Source of the DNA: Phoronis australis
Taxonomy: Eukaryota; Animalia; Phoronida
DNA: 64,000 nt
Direction: 5' to 3'
Assembly: GCA_002633005.1 (NCBI GenBank)
Contig: NMRA01000005.1
Location: forward strand, 826,706-890,705
This document shows positions 23,301 through 38,358 of this stretch, piece after piece (position 1 is the first letter of the stretch; each line of letters begins with the position of its first letter). Position numbers and translations under genes: made by a program. The notes under the pieces are model-generated. The model did not search any database. It was not told where the DNA came from and saw only the letters and a list, made by a program, of their open reading frames with translations.

Positions 23301-26300
23301 ATAATGTAAGGCGATGTTATGTTCTGACGTTAGCCAAATTTGGACATTTTTCAAGGTTCCGACATTTAGCCTTAAATGTGATTTCTTAAAAAAATAATAG
23401 AAGCTTAAACATATGACAAGCAACTGATTCAGTTTAATAAAATGTCATATGCTGTTTTGTTTGGCATATGTCCCTGTTAAGCTGCTTAAAATTGAATTTT
23501 AAAAAGCATAGTTCTTGCTCATCTCTGAAATAAATTTTGTACAATAAAAAGTCTTGCATCTTACAAGATATACAATAATGAGTTACCCTGTGCTTGTATT
23601 ATGTAGAGGTTCAAAGTGCAAGTGTTATTGAGCAATACCTACACTAGCTTCCTCAGGATCCTATATGGAATGACACATGCTCTTTAGTGTATTTCTTGTG
23701 ACTTTGATTTATTTTTGCATATTTGTTGTTCTATGGGCCAATGGAATCAAAATTTACACAATGGAAACTATTAAATATATGAATAATTAATTTGCATATT
23801 CCTGAAATTCTTCAATCACACAACTCCCTCTTCATCAGGGGAGATAAATCCGTAACAACTGGTGTGAAAACGTATCTTACTGAAAAGTGTGAAAAATTAC
23901 AAACTTGCTTAGATTCCCATTGGATACTACAATCTACGTACACATTCAAGCACTTGCATTAAAGAAAAATTTCTGCCGTCATGAACAAATGTTCAAAGTA
24001 CGCGGTTTTCCTTTACATTGTTTTGTCAAACATAAACCTCTGACAAATAGGCCTGTTTCTTATCCAAGCCTCAAATTTTTGGGAGTGGTCGGATTCATTG
24101 TGCGTGACCGTTTCCCATGCTTCATGTTCAGACAGAGTGCTTAGTACGTACTACCCTTAGGTCAGCGTTCTTTTGTGTGCTCATGCTGGTATTTCCTAGA
24201 CTGGTATTTTATGATGGTACTGAAAGCAATGGCATTTTACTTCCTCTTGTAATGTGAGTCCTCGTGTGAGGAGGCTACCTTTAAAGATGTATTTGCGTGT
24301 TCCTAATTATCCTAATGTATAGCAGGAACTAAACGACAATGCTATTCGAACATCATCTATACTAAACTAAGTGCTGTTGTATGCATTGACAAGTTGTAAA
24401 TGTGAAAACAAAAAATTCTGCAAATAGGTGACTTTTGCACTAATTACGTACTTTGAGGGCTCACAATATGATTTTCTTTAACCAAATTCTGTACCGTAGC
24501 TACTTTTGATAAGATTTTAAAAATGCGACCATTCACAACAAGGATGGAAGCACTTGAAAACACTTGATAATTTTTGTTGATTTTTGTACGAAATTGATAA
24601 GATTTTACTACAGTGCTCTGCAGACCATGTTTCTTGATAGAAAAGCATGACCACGCAAAATCACGCGAGAGAAAGGCGAGTTTTTCACGAATATGCTCAA
24701 GACATTATTAGCGAAACCTAGCAAAATGGCAGCCTTTGATGTCATTGGCTTTTTGAAATGTTGAATTTTGGGGACAGATTTTATAAGATGTAGGACAGAA
24801 TTCATGGCCGTTTTTGTTGCATAAGCGAAGATTTCTTGTCACAATTGCATGACTAATTTGTTGGATCCAGAGAACGCTAGTCAGCTTGTTTTCCAATAGC
24901 CTTATCCTGAAATACCATGGTGCCACTGTAAAGCTGTGGTGTTTATCTATGATGAGTTGCAGTGTGACACCAAGAAAGGTGAGAATCTGGGTAGGGCACC
25001 ATGAATTATTCTTTACATGTCTGACTCAGATGCATGTTTTCTACCTCAGATCCGTAAAACTAGTCGAAATCAAGATTGACTGTTGTTAACTAGAACTTTT
25101 TTTTGCAGAAGTTTTCCAAGGATGTTACGAACCCAGCTGGTAGCGTTTTACTTCTATGGTTGCTGTTGTTTGCATGACACAGGCCACAATCGTCATTAAT
25201 GCATTATACACATACATCTTGTGACTGATTGAATTTGTATGCAAAATGGCCGCCTTGTGGAAGCCATTTTTTTATTTGTTGAAACTTTACTGTTCCCTTT
25301 ATACAACATGATATGTACAAAGGTCTACAAGAAGTACCTTTGTTTTTGTTGTGACTTGCCGTTTCATTCTTGGTTTTTTCAAGTTAGGAGTAACTGCTAT
25401 TTTGTTGATAGCCATTCATTTTTCGTTGATCGATTTCTCACCGTCTTGTGTACTGTAACTCATCCATTGGTCTGTCTTAGTTTACGGTCCGTCTACTTCA
25501 CATGCGATTTTAGCTGCATCATTGGATGTTTTCACACTGAGTGCACGCAGCTCCAAATAGAGAATTTCTGATGGCTTGTTTTTGCTTGAAACTGTACACA
25601 ATGCAACACCACATTTTTCTTCTTTGATGCTATGACAACCATTTCCTCTTCATGGTTGGAAGAGCTCCATTGTCCATATGGCAACAGTTCAAATTTGTTG
25701 GCAACGACAGGAACTGTATGTTGTTTTTAAGTCATTTGAAATCTCCTTATGTCAACTTTTTGTTAACAAGTTGGTTGATGGCCCTTTGTCGATTGGCCAC
25801 ATGCCACTACATTAAAGAAATATAAGAATGTAGAATGATGTCCACCAACTACACTATCGCCATCTAGTGACAATGTGTATTTCGTCGTGTTGCTGCTGTT
25901 GTCATTGTGACTGTCTTCATCATTACAGTCATCACGGAGTCCTGTAACGGTATTTATTTTAGCCTGGTGGTTGTTTTCACAAAGTTAATTTTTTTCATGA
26001 GTTATATCCAAGAATTATTTTGATATTTTTCATGGTTTCCAATTATGCTAGTTGCCCTAATGGAATTTGCGGTGTCTATCAAATGTCTTGTATTTCTCAA
26101 GTGTGATTGTAGATTATACAGAAGATCAGTGGACCCCAGATATGGTATTTCCTCGCTGCACTTTGTATCGTTTGCCTGTTGAGCACTCTCTAGTGTCACT
26201 GATAGCCTTATCTAAATTAACAATCGATATTTTTCATGTGGTTGTTTGTCATTGATCAGGTTTTGCTTTTCATTTGTGTACCATACATTTTTTTAATAAA

Positions 26301-29300
26301 ATACTTCCCGATTTTTAACTTCTTATTGACAGTAGGTTTATGATCTTTAATGGAAAGTCATTCTAGCCATAATTTCCACTTGTAACATATCAATAATGAA
26401 CATTTCACAGAACTATTTCAGTATGTTTCTTTTTTTCCTTAGCAACAGTGTTCTCACTTTAGGCACCTTTTTACCATAATTTGTACTTCCATATAAATTC
26501 TTTCGTGTGGTGTAACCTAAGACAAAATTAGTCAAGAGGCCAAGATTTTGCAAGCGATAGAAGACAATGAGACACTTGGCTCACGAAAGTGTTACCCAAT
26601 GGTCGGCCCCCCACAATGCATTGCCTCAAAAACGCGCGTCTAGGCGTCAATGTAACTCAATGACGGATAACTTAATGTAACTAATAACGATGAGTTTGAC
26701 TAAAATACATTTTTGCTTCAAATCTGGAATTATTTCAAAATGTAAAATTTGCAATTACCTGCTTTTTCTGCTGCTTGAAATTTCTAAGATGCTCGTTCTA
26801 ACATTAGGTAAGATTTTGCACACATACAATAGAATTCAATGTTACAGGTAAGGTCATTTAAAAATACTTTATTCAACAGAAACTGTGAAAATGTCCAACG
26901 CGGGCACTGTCGATTGTGGGTACGCTGTTGTTATAGCCCTTGAAAACCATTATTTTGGTTCCTGTTTGTAGGTGGGAGTGGGACCCTTTGTTTTGGCTAT
27001 TTATTGCGGCAAGTTAGAATTACATATGATACCAACTAAACCTGGTTGTAACTCTATAGTTGTAATTGACTTGTAATCGTTACCATTTGCACCAACTGTT
27101 AAATCTGGTGGAAACTTAGTTCATGGTTTTAGTCTCTAGTCGCCAGGGCAATCGCTTTCCGACTCACCCTAGTTAGTGTAACCTCTGTGTGCCATTGTTT
27201 CCAATTAGACTTGATAACATTGCCACCTAACTTGTTACTATGGTTTTAACCTCTCAGTAAGATACCTTCACACAGAGCATCCACGCTACAGTTATGTAGC
27301 ATTTAAAACAGATTTTGAAGTGTTTTCACAGAGTTATGATTTTTTAAAAATTGGTTTAAAAGTTATAACTACTTTGGTGTGAACAGGGTATGTGAGTTCA
27401 ATAGAAAGATTTGTCACCACTCAATGAAGTCCAGTTGAAGTTCTCTGTATTGTCTCGACCTTGGCACTGCATGGTTAACCGTAAGATGTTTTTGGGAAAT
27501 GTATGTCTGTATTGTAATTAAAAAACATTCTGTGTTAAAATTATAGTTTCTAGAAAAATGGATCTTTACCACTAGAGGTTTCACCACAAAAGCCCAGTCA
27601 ATATTAACACCCAAGATTTTTGTTCAAAAATGCACCTATGAATCAAGGGATTATAGTGCTATGTCAAACCCTAAATCTTTCCAGTTCAATTCCTTAGGGA
27701 ATGGATACCGAAACCTTACTGAATTAAATCTATTATGAAAAACAATGTTTCGATAGTCTTATACATTTGCTATTGCTGCCAAATACATGTCCGTCATGGA
27801 ATTTGATTTTTGGTCTAGTCTTTTTGGAGTTTAATTATCAAAAAATTAGTTTGGAATGAGTCTAAAAGTTTAATCGCGCTAACTTCTTGTCATAAAAGGC
27901 TTTTTATCCGATGATTATCTGAAAGAAGTATTCTAGCTTTCTATTATGATAAGCCTCCCTGTCCCACGCAAAATATTCTAAATACATCGTCCATTCAGCG
28001 TGACTGCAAACTGTTATCAATAAATTTGTGCTCATTCACTAGAGAGGATGTGTGGGTGGTTTTCCATAAACTTCCCTTTGTAATTCCATTATTGGCACAA
28101 GTAACCGCTTAATTGTTGTCTGGCTGTGGATAAGGACTGGGTTAAATATCTACTACCTGGTCACACATTGGCAAGTGTGTGCATTGAGACTATTATCTAA
28201 TATTAGCTCACTAAAAGTATTTAGACTGATAGTAGAAAATATATAGAATTTGATTTTAAATGTCAAACCAATCTGCTATTAAGTCGTGAGATTATGTCTT
28301 ATAATTAAGGAAATGAGAAAGGTATTTTCTTTGCAAAACAATGGTATCAGTAGCAGAGCCAAAAAAATTAACGTAAACATTCAAGATGAAATATTCAAAA
28401 ATGCTGTCATAGTTTTCTGAACTATCTGTTCAGTTTTGATTTATAAATTGTTCAATGTTTATTCATATAAATCATGGAAGTCATTCTTTTCGTTGGCATT
28501 AGCTGTAAAAAGAGAAACATTTTAGAAATCATTCGAGACTGTTTCGGAAAGCTGCGAGCATAAATCACAAAGTCTAGCAGTTTTGTTTGACTTCTAGCAC
28601 CCATTTCTGAGATATGATGCATGAAAGTAACCTAAGGCTGACAATTACTCATTGTCTGAAAGGAACACTGCAGCCATCTAGTTTCATTGGACTTAAAATG
28701 TAAGTTGTAAAAGATGAGTTTGTCCTAGGTATTTTGGCTGGGGAAGAATACATTTAACAAAATTGATAAACTTGTGTAGAAGTGGTGAAGGAAGAAAAAC
28801 TCTGAGGTGTAAAATGGAACAAGGCTGGTAGTAATCTAGAAAATTAGCTGCAAATTTTTGCACCAAATATTGAAAGATTTCTGACAAGATTCTGTGTGTA
28901 TTTTCCCATCAGTTTTTATTGTTTCTATTTTAGTATTTCATTTGTACTTTTGACACGCATCTGGAGAATCAGAATAACAGTATACATAAATTAATAGTAC
29001 AATACAATATATGATGGTTGATAAAGAAATTATTACTTGGTGAAATGAAATTTTCTGCTTTTTGTCAGATTTGTTTTTTTTTTTTTTTTTTTTTTTTTTT
29101 TGTTCGCTTGTTTGCGTTTTCGCACGCCACATGTCACATTTCTTATCAGGGTGGAATTTACGCATAAGACATGTCGTTAATAGCTCGAAGTCTTTTGAAT
29201 TTGTTGAAATCAGGCGTAAGATGGTGCTGTGACAAACATTTTTCATTTTTTGCTTTGCGGAGACATAGCTCCGTTGTTTCTGGTGGGAGTTTTTTAATTT

Positions 29301-29492
29301 TTTTCCAGTGGATAAATCATTTCAAGGGTCATTGTGAGTGTTCCATTTGTTTTTCTCGTGGACTTATCCTTCTCAAATTATTTGAGATTTTCCAGTGTCT
29401 CAGTTCCAATAATAATAGAGTTTTTGTGCTGTATCTTCAGGGTCCCTAATGACAGATCTGTCTGAACTTTGGTTTGTGGATAGATCTTTTCA

Positions 29493-29742
29493 GAGGAGGC
29501 AATGTGTCCTAGTGTGATAGGTGCCCGCCTTCTGTACTCAAGGTCGTGGGTTCGGGTCCCACAGAGCCACACTGCTAGACCTTTGAGTCGGGTTTCTAGC
29601 CCCTCAGCTCGGTTTTAACTACCGTATATATTAATAAAGCACAAAAATAGTTCCACGTGATTAGTGCAATGGACCCACGTGCTCAGCCTGTGCACGTCTG
29701 GTACAACATGTATCAAACCACCTGCAATTATTTAATTATTTT
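29493..29742 (+). mobile_element. tRNA-derived SINE family E, full length
   Basis: gaggaggc start, degenerate A-box tgtcctagtgtg, B-box ggttcgggtcc, shared body and attattt tail; similar to 61006. Confidence 0.85.
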
Positions 29743-30577
29743 TATCATAGATCTTTTCAAGAGTGTCAGCATTTTGAAACCTGTTTCTCGCTATGACATA
29801 CTGCTCTCGACATATTCGACATTTACTGCTTAGATGACTGCTCTTTCATGACTTGCCTGTAGCTGCACTTTGTTAGCCTATCACATCTGTGCTTGAGGTT
29901 CAGTGTTTGTAGTTCCATAGACATGAAATTTAAGTACAGTATTTATCTAGTCAATAGCCTAGGGACTTTCGTTTTTGGGCGAAATCAGACGTAAGATGGA
30001 GCTCTGACAGCCATTTTTCGAATTATGTTTTCAGAGCTCTACCTCCGCGTTCCTTTGACCCAACGTTTTCACATTTGGTTTGTAAATAGATTTACTCACA
30101 GACTATCTGATCTGCTCGTTTAGTTTCTGGCTGTTCACGAGTTATTTGAGGTTTTCTGATTGGATGACTGTCTTTTATTGACTGAGATTCTTCAATGCAC
30201 ATTTATCGGTTTGTCATTTCCTGTACCTTTTTGTAATAGGTGTTGGGGCCATGATTGTTCATGTTCTTGGTTTCGTCGACTTTTCGATTTCGCCAAGTAT
30301 CACTCCTCAGGATGTTTTCATTTTGTTTCTTAGACACCAGGAAATTTGATTGGAAAAAATCATCCAATAAAGTTCCTAAGTGCCTGTAAATTGAATTCCT
30401 TGATATTTTTAGTAGCCTAATGCTTGTCTAGTAATTCTTTTTTCTTAAAATCCTTGAACTATCCTACGTTCATTGCTCAAACTAAAATTAAAGATTGGTT
30501 AAACCCCCAGGTTGCCATTTTCAACCTGGAGTTTCACCACCTGAGGTAAAGTTAATGGTTTTTTACTAGCTAATTTC

Positions 30578-30824
30578 CAGGACTTGGAATTTTCCTCTTT
30601 TAAGAAGCTTCCTCTTTTTGGGTTTGATTTCCTCTTATTTGATTTCCAGTTTCCTCTTTTTTTGTCTCTTTTTTATCTTTATCGTGACTATTTTTGCAAA
30701 AACGTTTAAATTTCAGTTGAATTTTACAACACAAAATATATATCTATTGCACAAGCCTATTTGTGGAACGGTGCATCACCTGGAAAATTTTCCTCTTTTT
30801 TGTCATCGATCATTCCAAACCCTG
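30578..30824. mobile_element. MITE family C, 6-bp TSD
   Basis: caggacttggaat / attccaaaccctg TIRs; flanks aatttc / actttc. Confidence 0.85.
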
Positions 30825-32987
30825 ACTTTCTTAACCGTGCTACATTACGATCTTCGTCTCGCGACAAGATATCATGTTGTTGACCTGTCACAATCCATTC
30901 TGCCTGTCTTGTTGATACTATGTCCTTTGCACAATGCGACAACGATAACTTATCTCAGAATTTGCGATATGAATGGTACGCCCATTGTTTGCCTCCCTCG
31001 TGTCACATTTAGCAGTATGTAAAATGGAAGGTAAAATTGATAGCAGGCAACCCTGTCCTTCTGGGAAATTGTACACTTGTACATAGATCATGTGCACCAC
31101 AGCTTGTCATGATAACTTGATTCCTTCGAACTTTGGCCGTTTTTGTATGAAAAGACAAATGTTGCATTAGTCATTTTTCTTGGACTGTATATGGCTTTGT
31201 TCCAGTAATTTTATTCTTCACTTATTTGACACATGACCTGGGAATTAAACTCTGGCGGGCGGATCTTGGGTGCCGTAAGATGGGACCCAACCACAATTTT
31301 CTAGGAAGAAACTCCATGTATGGTAATCTCTAAAATCAGCGTAGGGATGGCTTTTTTGTCAGAGTGTCTAGAAGGACCCCTTGGCTGCACTAAATCTTGT
31401 GCTCATGTTCAAGTTTAATTTGTGAATTTTTTTAACAAAAATATAAAATTGCATAATTGTCAACATTTGAAACTGAAAAAGTGGTAGACCAAGACTGGAA
31501 GAGTAGGACATCTGGGTCTAAGGTAAAAAACATTTGACCTGTGGCAAATTGCAGGGCTCAAAAGTTGGCCATAACATCTAGAACACCCAGATGCCATTGT
31601 TTCTTATTTTTTAGATTTTTTAGGGTAAACGTGTGGATAATTAGGAGACATGTGATAGTGTGTCAGTTGTGGTATGTGTGTCAAAAAGTGGAACATTTTG
31701 ATGGTTTGGCTGGACACAGGGCAAAAGTTCAAAAAAACGGGACACTCCCGCTGAAAGTGGCGTACCAGTGCATTGCACAACAGCCAAACAAAAGCACTTG
31801 GTCAAAGGTGAATTTTATAACTGGAGCTGAGCCTTCAAAAGTTGAATGATGATTCTTGTAACTTTTCGGGCAAAAACACTTCTGTTTTTGTAGCATTGTG
31901 CATGTCAAAAATGCCAAGCTGGTATTCCTCCCTAGACCCTTACACATATTTATTTCCATTATAGTTCCATCAACACGTGCCTTCAAAACCAATTGTACAA
32001 CTGCAATATGACATATGATAATGCAATAATGTTAATGTTATTGATATATATCTTTTATGCGACCTGACACTGGGGCACTGCCATTTCATACATAAGCACA
32101 GTTATTGACAACTGACAGGATCAACACAGTCCTGTCATTACGGGTTGTCACTGAATTTTTAATAATTGTCATAAAATACCTCATCTATTTTTGATCATCA
32201 TGGTGTGAGCAGGTTTTTTGGCATTTTTATTTACTCATTTCTTACAGTTACATGTCAGATAACTGGTCTCTCAAGGCCCTCATGTCAGGTTCTATCTTGC
32301 CTAAATTTAGGGAATTTACATGTCTCAACATGCCTGTGGTTTCTTTTATGTGTTTGGGGTTTTCCCCAAGTTGGCTGACATACTGGAAGGGGTTCCCATT
32401 TTTGATGTACCTCGTTTTTATAATATTTAATCACATTTATTGAAAGGTGGTTGAAAGTAATTCGTTAGAAATATGCAGATTCTGAGTCTGTCAATACATG
32501 ACCAGTTGTGAAGTGAGATTTTGAATTTTAATGTTATTGCGAAAATGTCCACTTCTTGTAAACCCCTTATTGGGAGGCTCACAACATGAGATCACAGCTA
32601 TTTATACCTTGCTCAGTTACTGATTTGTCAGAAAACTCAAGTCTCCTGTTGCAGTCAGGGTTGAAGGCAGTGGTTGGAGAAATGTGTTGTAATATTTGGG
32701 CTTGAACATTTGAGGGCTGAGTCAATAGTATAAGAGTGAATCAGCACGTTCTGCAATGACGAAGGTATTTAGGACGTTATTTAGAACCGCTGAGATGGTA
32801 GTTAGGGTTTTCATTTGTAATGTATTTATTTAAGATAAGTTTTACCCCAGAAGTTCGTAACTGATACAAAACATTGTTTTTCAATGTTAAAAATTTTTCT
32901 TTCTTTCCTAAAGTTAATTTTGATTGCACTTGAGCTGTATTTTTAAGTTTCAGCACATTGTTGTGATTGCTTTCAAAATCTTTTCAG

Positions 32988-33083
32988 GCATGGAAATCTG
33001 GTTGTGAAACATTTGCTGGTGGAATTCTAGTGGTGGCAAGTTTGCTTGGTATCATAGACAAAGGCTAGAATTTTCTTATCATG
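32988..33083 (+). other. Candidate TAF3 5'UTR exon ending in an in-frame ATG
   Basis: tcttttcag acceptor, ATG|gtaagt donor; splicing to the acceptor at 35337 gives ATG CTG AAG ATG TCC (MLKMSSQF...). Confidence 0.5.
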
Positions 33084-35342
33084 GTAAGTGAAAAATTCTT
33101 GGCTGTGGCTCATGACTTGAGAAGGCAAAGTTCTTGGACGTGCCTAAACTTGCCTATTCACAAACAGTTAGTTGACTAGTCTATTCTTGTTTTCTCTGAT
33201 TTGGGTTTGAAAGTAGGTCACGAAATCAGCATTTTCCAATGCAGAATATTTGATTAGCTTTCAAGTGTGTTAAAAATTGGTTGGAATAAAATCTGTGACA
33301 TGAAAATGATGATGTAAGCATTGGGTTCTGCTTAATATTCATGTTTGGGGCCCGTCTGGGAATGCCTGTGTTGGCCTGACTCCACAGTGATAGAGGTATT
33401 GTAAAATGATATTGCGTAATGTGTTTTCCTTTCTATGATTGTTCTGTTATCTGAGGTTGTTACTGAACCTATTCATTAATTTTTTGGAAATGTGAAAATC
33501 TAAGTTTTGAAAAAAAAATAATTTCTGATTACTTGAATGCAAGAATTGAACAAAGAATTCTGTTTAATTTTTGTAATGTTTTATACGTAATTTACACAGT
33601 GTTTCTGGTTGGTTGACCTTGTTTGACAAAACGCAGTGGGTGTTTCTTTGTCAATGAAAAAAGGCAAAAATACCTGTAATGGATGTAGCAATGCTAATGG
33701 AATTACTGATCTTCCATTCATAAAGAAATAAACAAAAATCAAAAAGTCTGTTTATGACATTAAGCTAAATTTTCCAGTCTGCCATTTCAAAGTAGTTTTT
33801 TTCTTCCAAATGACATAAGCTGTGTCTTACTAAACAACGTTTTGAGATAAAAGATTCATGGTTCGTCATGACATTTCATTCTGATGATGACATGTACTCG
33901 TGTGGTTTGGTCACTTCGTTGTCTCTTACCGTTGTTCAATAAACCCTCCACCCTGAGGCTGCATGGAAAACCAGAAATCACTCAATATTTGTTGTGGTGA
34001 TGAAGATAGGGACAGTCTTTTCATCTTCTGAATAGGCTGAGAACGGGCTTGAGGCTTGGAATGTAAACTCAACAAATGCGTCCTGGGTAAATTTCCAGGT
34101 CACCAAATGGGAAATGAGCTCGCCAAAACAAGGAAACTATGCGGTGGCAGTGTCGTGGTGGCATTTTTTAATTTTTTTATGGAAAGTTAAGGCTAAATGC
34201 CCGTGCATACTAACGACCGATTTCCCCATTCGGCCTTGGCTCTCACCTTAATATCTCGGGAGAAAGCAGACAATCAGAACGTAGTTTGTGCGTGTTGTTT
34301 TTTTTGCCAAACTATTTAAAACTCCTGGCTGTTTACCTTCCATTGTAATTTGAACGCATGCTTGGATCTGCTGAGGGTGTTGGAAGTTTTGATTTCGTGT
34401 AATAAATAGGACAATTGTAAACAAAAAGTAGTGTATTGGTGAAAATTGGTCTTAATTTTTAAAATTTGAAAGTCACTACAAATTTCGAAGCAAATTGTTG
34501 GTGAATTCTTATTCGAGTTCTTCAGACTTGGTTAAAACTAGCAAAAATCTGGCAACTTAGGGTTTTTACCAGGTCACCAAACAAAATCTAAGGTCGTATG
34601 CAGGTGAGCTGCAGGTTGCCAAATCGACCCCGGAACAGAATGTCAATCATCATCGTGGAGGCGGTCCGTAGTGGTGAAGAATGTTCCTTGTTACATCAAT
34701 GCATGTGTTTAATTCTAAAAGCTATATGCTCTTGGAAAAATTTTCAATTCTTCATCAATCCTTTCTGACCAGTGATTCACTTACACTGATTTGTTGCCTC
34801 TGGGTCAGTGTGAGCATTGTGTCACTCTGTTGTCATCATTAATTCCACGCATTTTCAAGGCCCAGCAGTTTAGAATAAAACTTGAGAATGATGTTATTTT
34901 CACATAAAGTGGATGGGGACTATTTGTACATGATAGAAACAAGAAATTAACAACGTTACCTTTTAAAACAATTATTTTTATTTGAGCATGACTGCAGATG
35001 TGAGACAATTGTCATCTGAATTTGTTTTTTGATAAAAAGAAGAATAAGTCTCAAAATAGGGTTTGTCGTTGCACGTTGTTGCTTACCAATTTTCTTGGTA
35101 AGCGTAGCATCTGCAAAAACCAAAGTATTATCATCTTTGAATGGTCTCAGTATTTATCACAGTAAAAATTGATATCCTACCATCTTGGTTTATGAAAGTG
35201 ATTCAGCTGTGGTTAAAACTTCCTGTCGTTTCTTATTGGTGTATTTTAACTAGTGAATTCAGCATGACTCCTAAGTTGTGTGTAATTGAAACCTTGTTTC
35301 ATGACAGGACAAATCCAGTCTGAGATGTTGCTTTAGCTGAAG

Positions 35343-35508
35343 ATGTCCTCCCAGTTTGCTCGCACAGTCTTGCGTGTGGGTGTTGCACAGATTTGCCAGT
35401 CTATGGGATGGAACTCAGTGCAGGCGACTTCTCTGGAGATTCTCACGGACATCTTGGAGCGCTACCTACAGTCATTGGCAAATGTCACTCACCGATACAG
35501 TGAACAGA
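35343..35508 (+). CDS. TAF3: TAF3 first main coding exon, N-terminal histone fold (bromodomain-associated/BTP domain); absent from the ORF track
   Basis: MSSQFARTVLRVGVAQICQSMGWNSVQATSLEILTDILERYLQSLANVTHRYSEQ closely resembles the vertebrate TAF3 N-terminus; a|gtgagt donor (phase 1); ttgctttag acceptor 6 nt upstream of the ATG. Confidence 0.95.
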
Positions 35509-35899
35509 GTGAGTAACGTAAACAACTATTTTGTGACATTTTGATAAAGAATGTTTTGTCTGATTTTTAATTTTGTGTTGCATTTGTTATGTTTTGATAA
35601 ATAACTTGATGATTTTTTATTCATACTTAAATTTCGCTGCGGAATTGTAATCGGTCTGTCTGCTCCCACACTTTTTCATTTCTCAGTTTAAATGTCCCAG
35701 CAAACAAGTTAATCGTAACTAATAGGTACCCTATGTGATTTCAACAATATTTGTAATCACACGACATGGATTAACTATTACGTTAAAGAGGTAAAATTGA
35801 CTATAACTGCAGTGCAGTCAAAGTGTCGGCCTTGCCTGTAGTGATATTTGTTGTTAAAGTAAAAAGTGGTGCGTTTTTAGTGGACTCGCGTAGTTTAGT

Positions 35900-38358
35900 C
35901 AGGGCTCGACATAACGAGCTGCAGGTCGCATTTGCGACCTGAAGTTTGGAAATGCGAGCTGAGATTTTTGTCAGCTCGTATCAAGTCGCAAAATGCGACC
36001 TGGAATTTCCAACGAATGTGAGCTGAGTTTTTACACTTCTCGGCAGATACCTGGCAAATATAAAGCAACTATTGTTAATCCGACCATTACTTGGTTGTTG
36101 CCAAATACAAGTTCAAAAGACCACTTAACTAAGAACAGCCCTCCTGATGACTTGTAAGCAAGTCGCGTGACCATGGGATATGCAGAAGCGATCTTTGACG
36201 CGTTTCATTGGCTAACATTTTCGGCCACTTTTGAAAATTTCCGGATTTGCCGAAGAAAGTTTCGGGCCACATAACACGTGATAAAACCTCACGAAACAGC
36301 GGTGTTTCTATTAGTTCTTAAGCGATCAACTTATCAAACTTTGTGATGGACAAATATGATGGTTTTTCGCTTAAGATGTCCTTATTACATTTACCAAATA
36401 TCCACGACAATATCCTTGATATCGCACTGCGGCACTTGTCGGTCCTGTTGTTAGCGTGCAAGCGGTCTCGGCAAGACAATCGTGACTTAGATATATGCGC
36501 CTCATTTTTATCCCATAAGACAGCCAAAGTGAAAATGACAACCTATTAATCCCCAAATGACGATCACATCTTTACTTTCAGTTGCCAACAAATTCTCAAA
36601 CCCCATTACTTGTTTCTGGGGATACGTGCGCGAAATATGATTTGTCTTTCACACGTTGTTGCCAGCGTAAAGTGTAGGCCTATTCCAGCAATTCAAGTGT
36701 GTGAAGTCACTCAAAGCTGCACATCAAAGGAGAACAGCGGCAGTCTTAAATGAAAGAGTATACCGGCTTGGCTCTGTTAAGCACCCGCGTGCCAATGGTT
36801 ATTTGAAAATGAACTCATAGATTTCCGGCGGTTATAAAAGACCTGATGCTTTGCGATATTCCTCGGGACGGATGTCACCCAGAAATGATATTTTTCAGTT
36901 CCGATGTTTCTCGAGGTCGGTGTTCTCTAAACCCTACATTCTATGCCCGTAGCCAGCTATTGCAACTAAAGGGGTACTAGATGCGAAATTGTGGTTAACG
37001 AACTTTTTATTCTTCACTTCATACCCCTCCCCCCGCCCCCCGCCCCTCCCCGGCAACTTTTCGCTCCCGGGACCATCGCCGCCGTAATAATGTTCAAACT
37101 CCAATAGAAACAATCATGTTCCAGCTGGAGCGGGCAAATAAGAACAAAATTATTCCGGGTGGCTAAAAAGAGTACAGTGTAGGTGGTAACGATATCCAGA
37201 AAGTCACCCCTACTAGAAGGAGTTTGCCTCACAAAATCGAATTATTATAACGTTTCTTACCATTGTAGTCTTTTAATATCTTATTACCGCAAACACTCGG
37301 GTTAACGACTATCTAACGCACAAGCCTACACTAAGGGCTTACTGATCTACTAAGCGTTCCCCCTCAACTTTTGTGAATTCCAATTAAGCGCCCACAGTTT
37401 AGGCTAGCGCCCATCATATCGCACTACAAACGACCGCGCGTGGTTTAAAATTGACTCGCAGTCTATATGGTGTGTCACTCTCATTTTACACAACAAATTC
37501 CGTTTTCAAAAAACGTCTTTTCCCAATATGTAAAAACCAAATCCCGGCTTTGTTTTATACCTCCGAAAGAAAGTTAACACTAGTGACATGCGTGTCGTTT
37601 TGTGACTGACCTATTTTTCCCGTACCTGGAAAGTATTGACCAAACTTGCCATTACCAGATGGAAACTCGCACAGGCGGAGGGAGTCGGAAATTATCTGGA
37701 GGCAATTTCCTTCATGGAAAACTAATTGTTGAGTACATAAACAGCATAAGTACCACACTTTTGTTGTGAAATTTGCACTGAATTGTTTATTCTGTTAAAG
37801 CATCGTTTCACGGATTTTTTTTCGACAGACGTTTTTCAAACATGAGTTAAGTTGCAAAATTTGGGCTGCCAACAAAAAGCGAAGGGAATTTGCCCTCGGA
37901 GTTAGTTTGAATCGTTAACGACTTTGATGACAGCCAGTAGTAGGTCAGACCTAGCAAAATCCCGTATACTTTTTCAACGGGCATTTTCTCCCTTTTCAAA
38001 TCGCAAACTTAGCTACTCGAATGCACGTGTCAGTTAGAGAGCACTAATTCAACTTTCACGTCGGGAACTTGACTTGCGCTCTGGAGACTTTCAATGGCGG
38101 TCGTGAAGAACAGTAACGCCGTACCTGCATGAACGAAGTCAGTTTTGAGATCTGAAATTTGTGAGTATTTAACGCGGCAGGAAAGAGCATAATCTAAACA
38201 TTTTCTCGATGATCTAAAATCAATTTTGGTGCGTAAAAATGGCGGGAAAATTTTGCGACTTAGCATTTATGAATGCGAGCTGGATTTTGGAAATGCGACC
38301 TGGGATTCTGGCTAGGTCGCAGAATGCGACCTGGCGATTTTAATAGCGTCGAGCCCTG
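35900..38358. mobile_element. 2.46-kb non-autonomous DNA transposon, hAT-like termini, in a TAF3 intron
   Basis: 11-bp TIR cagggctcgac / gtcgagccctg; clustered subterminal tgcgacctg/caggtcgca/tgcgagctg repeats at both ends; CpG-rich interior; no transposase ORF recognised. Confidence 0.85.

Noticed and set aside
24949-25024. C/D-box snoRNA candidate (atgatga...ctga)
   Set aside because: No convincing terminal stem or recognisable rRNA guide; such box pairs are common by chance.
36318-38266. Short ORFs inside the 2.46-kb element as transposase
   Set aside because: No BED finger, DDE or hAT dimerisation motif recognised.
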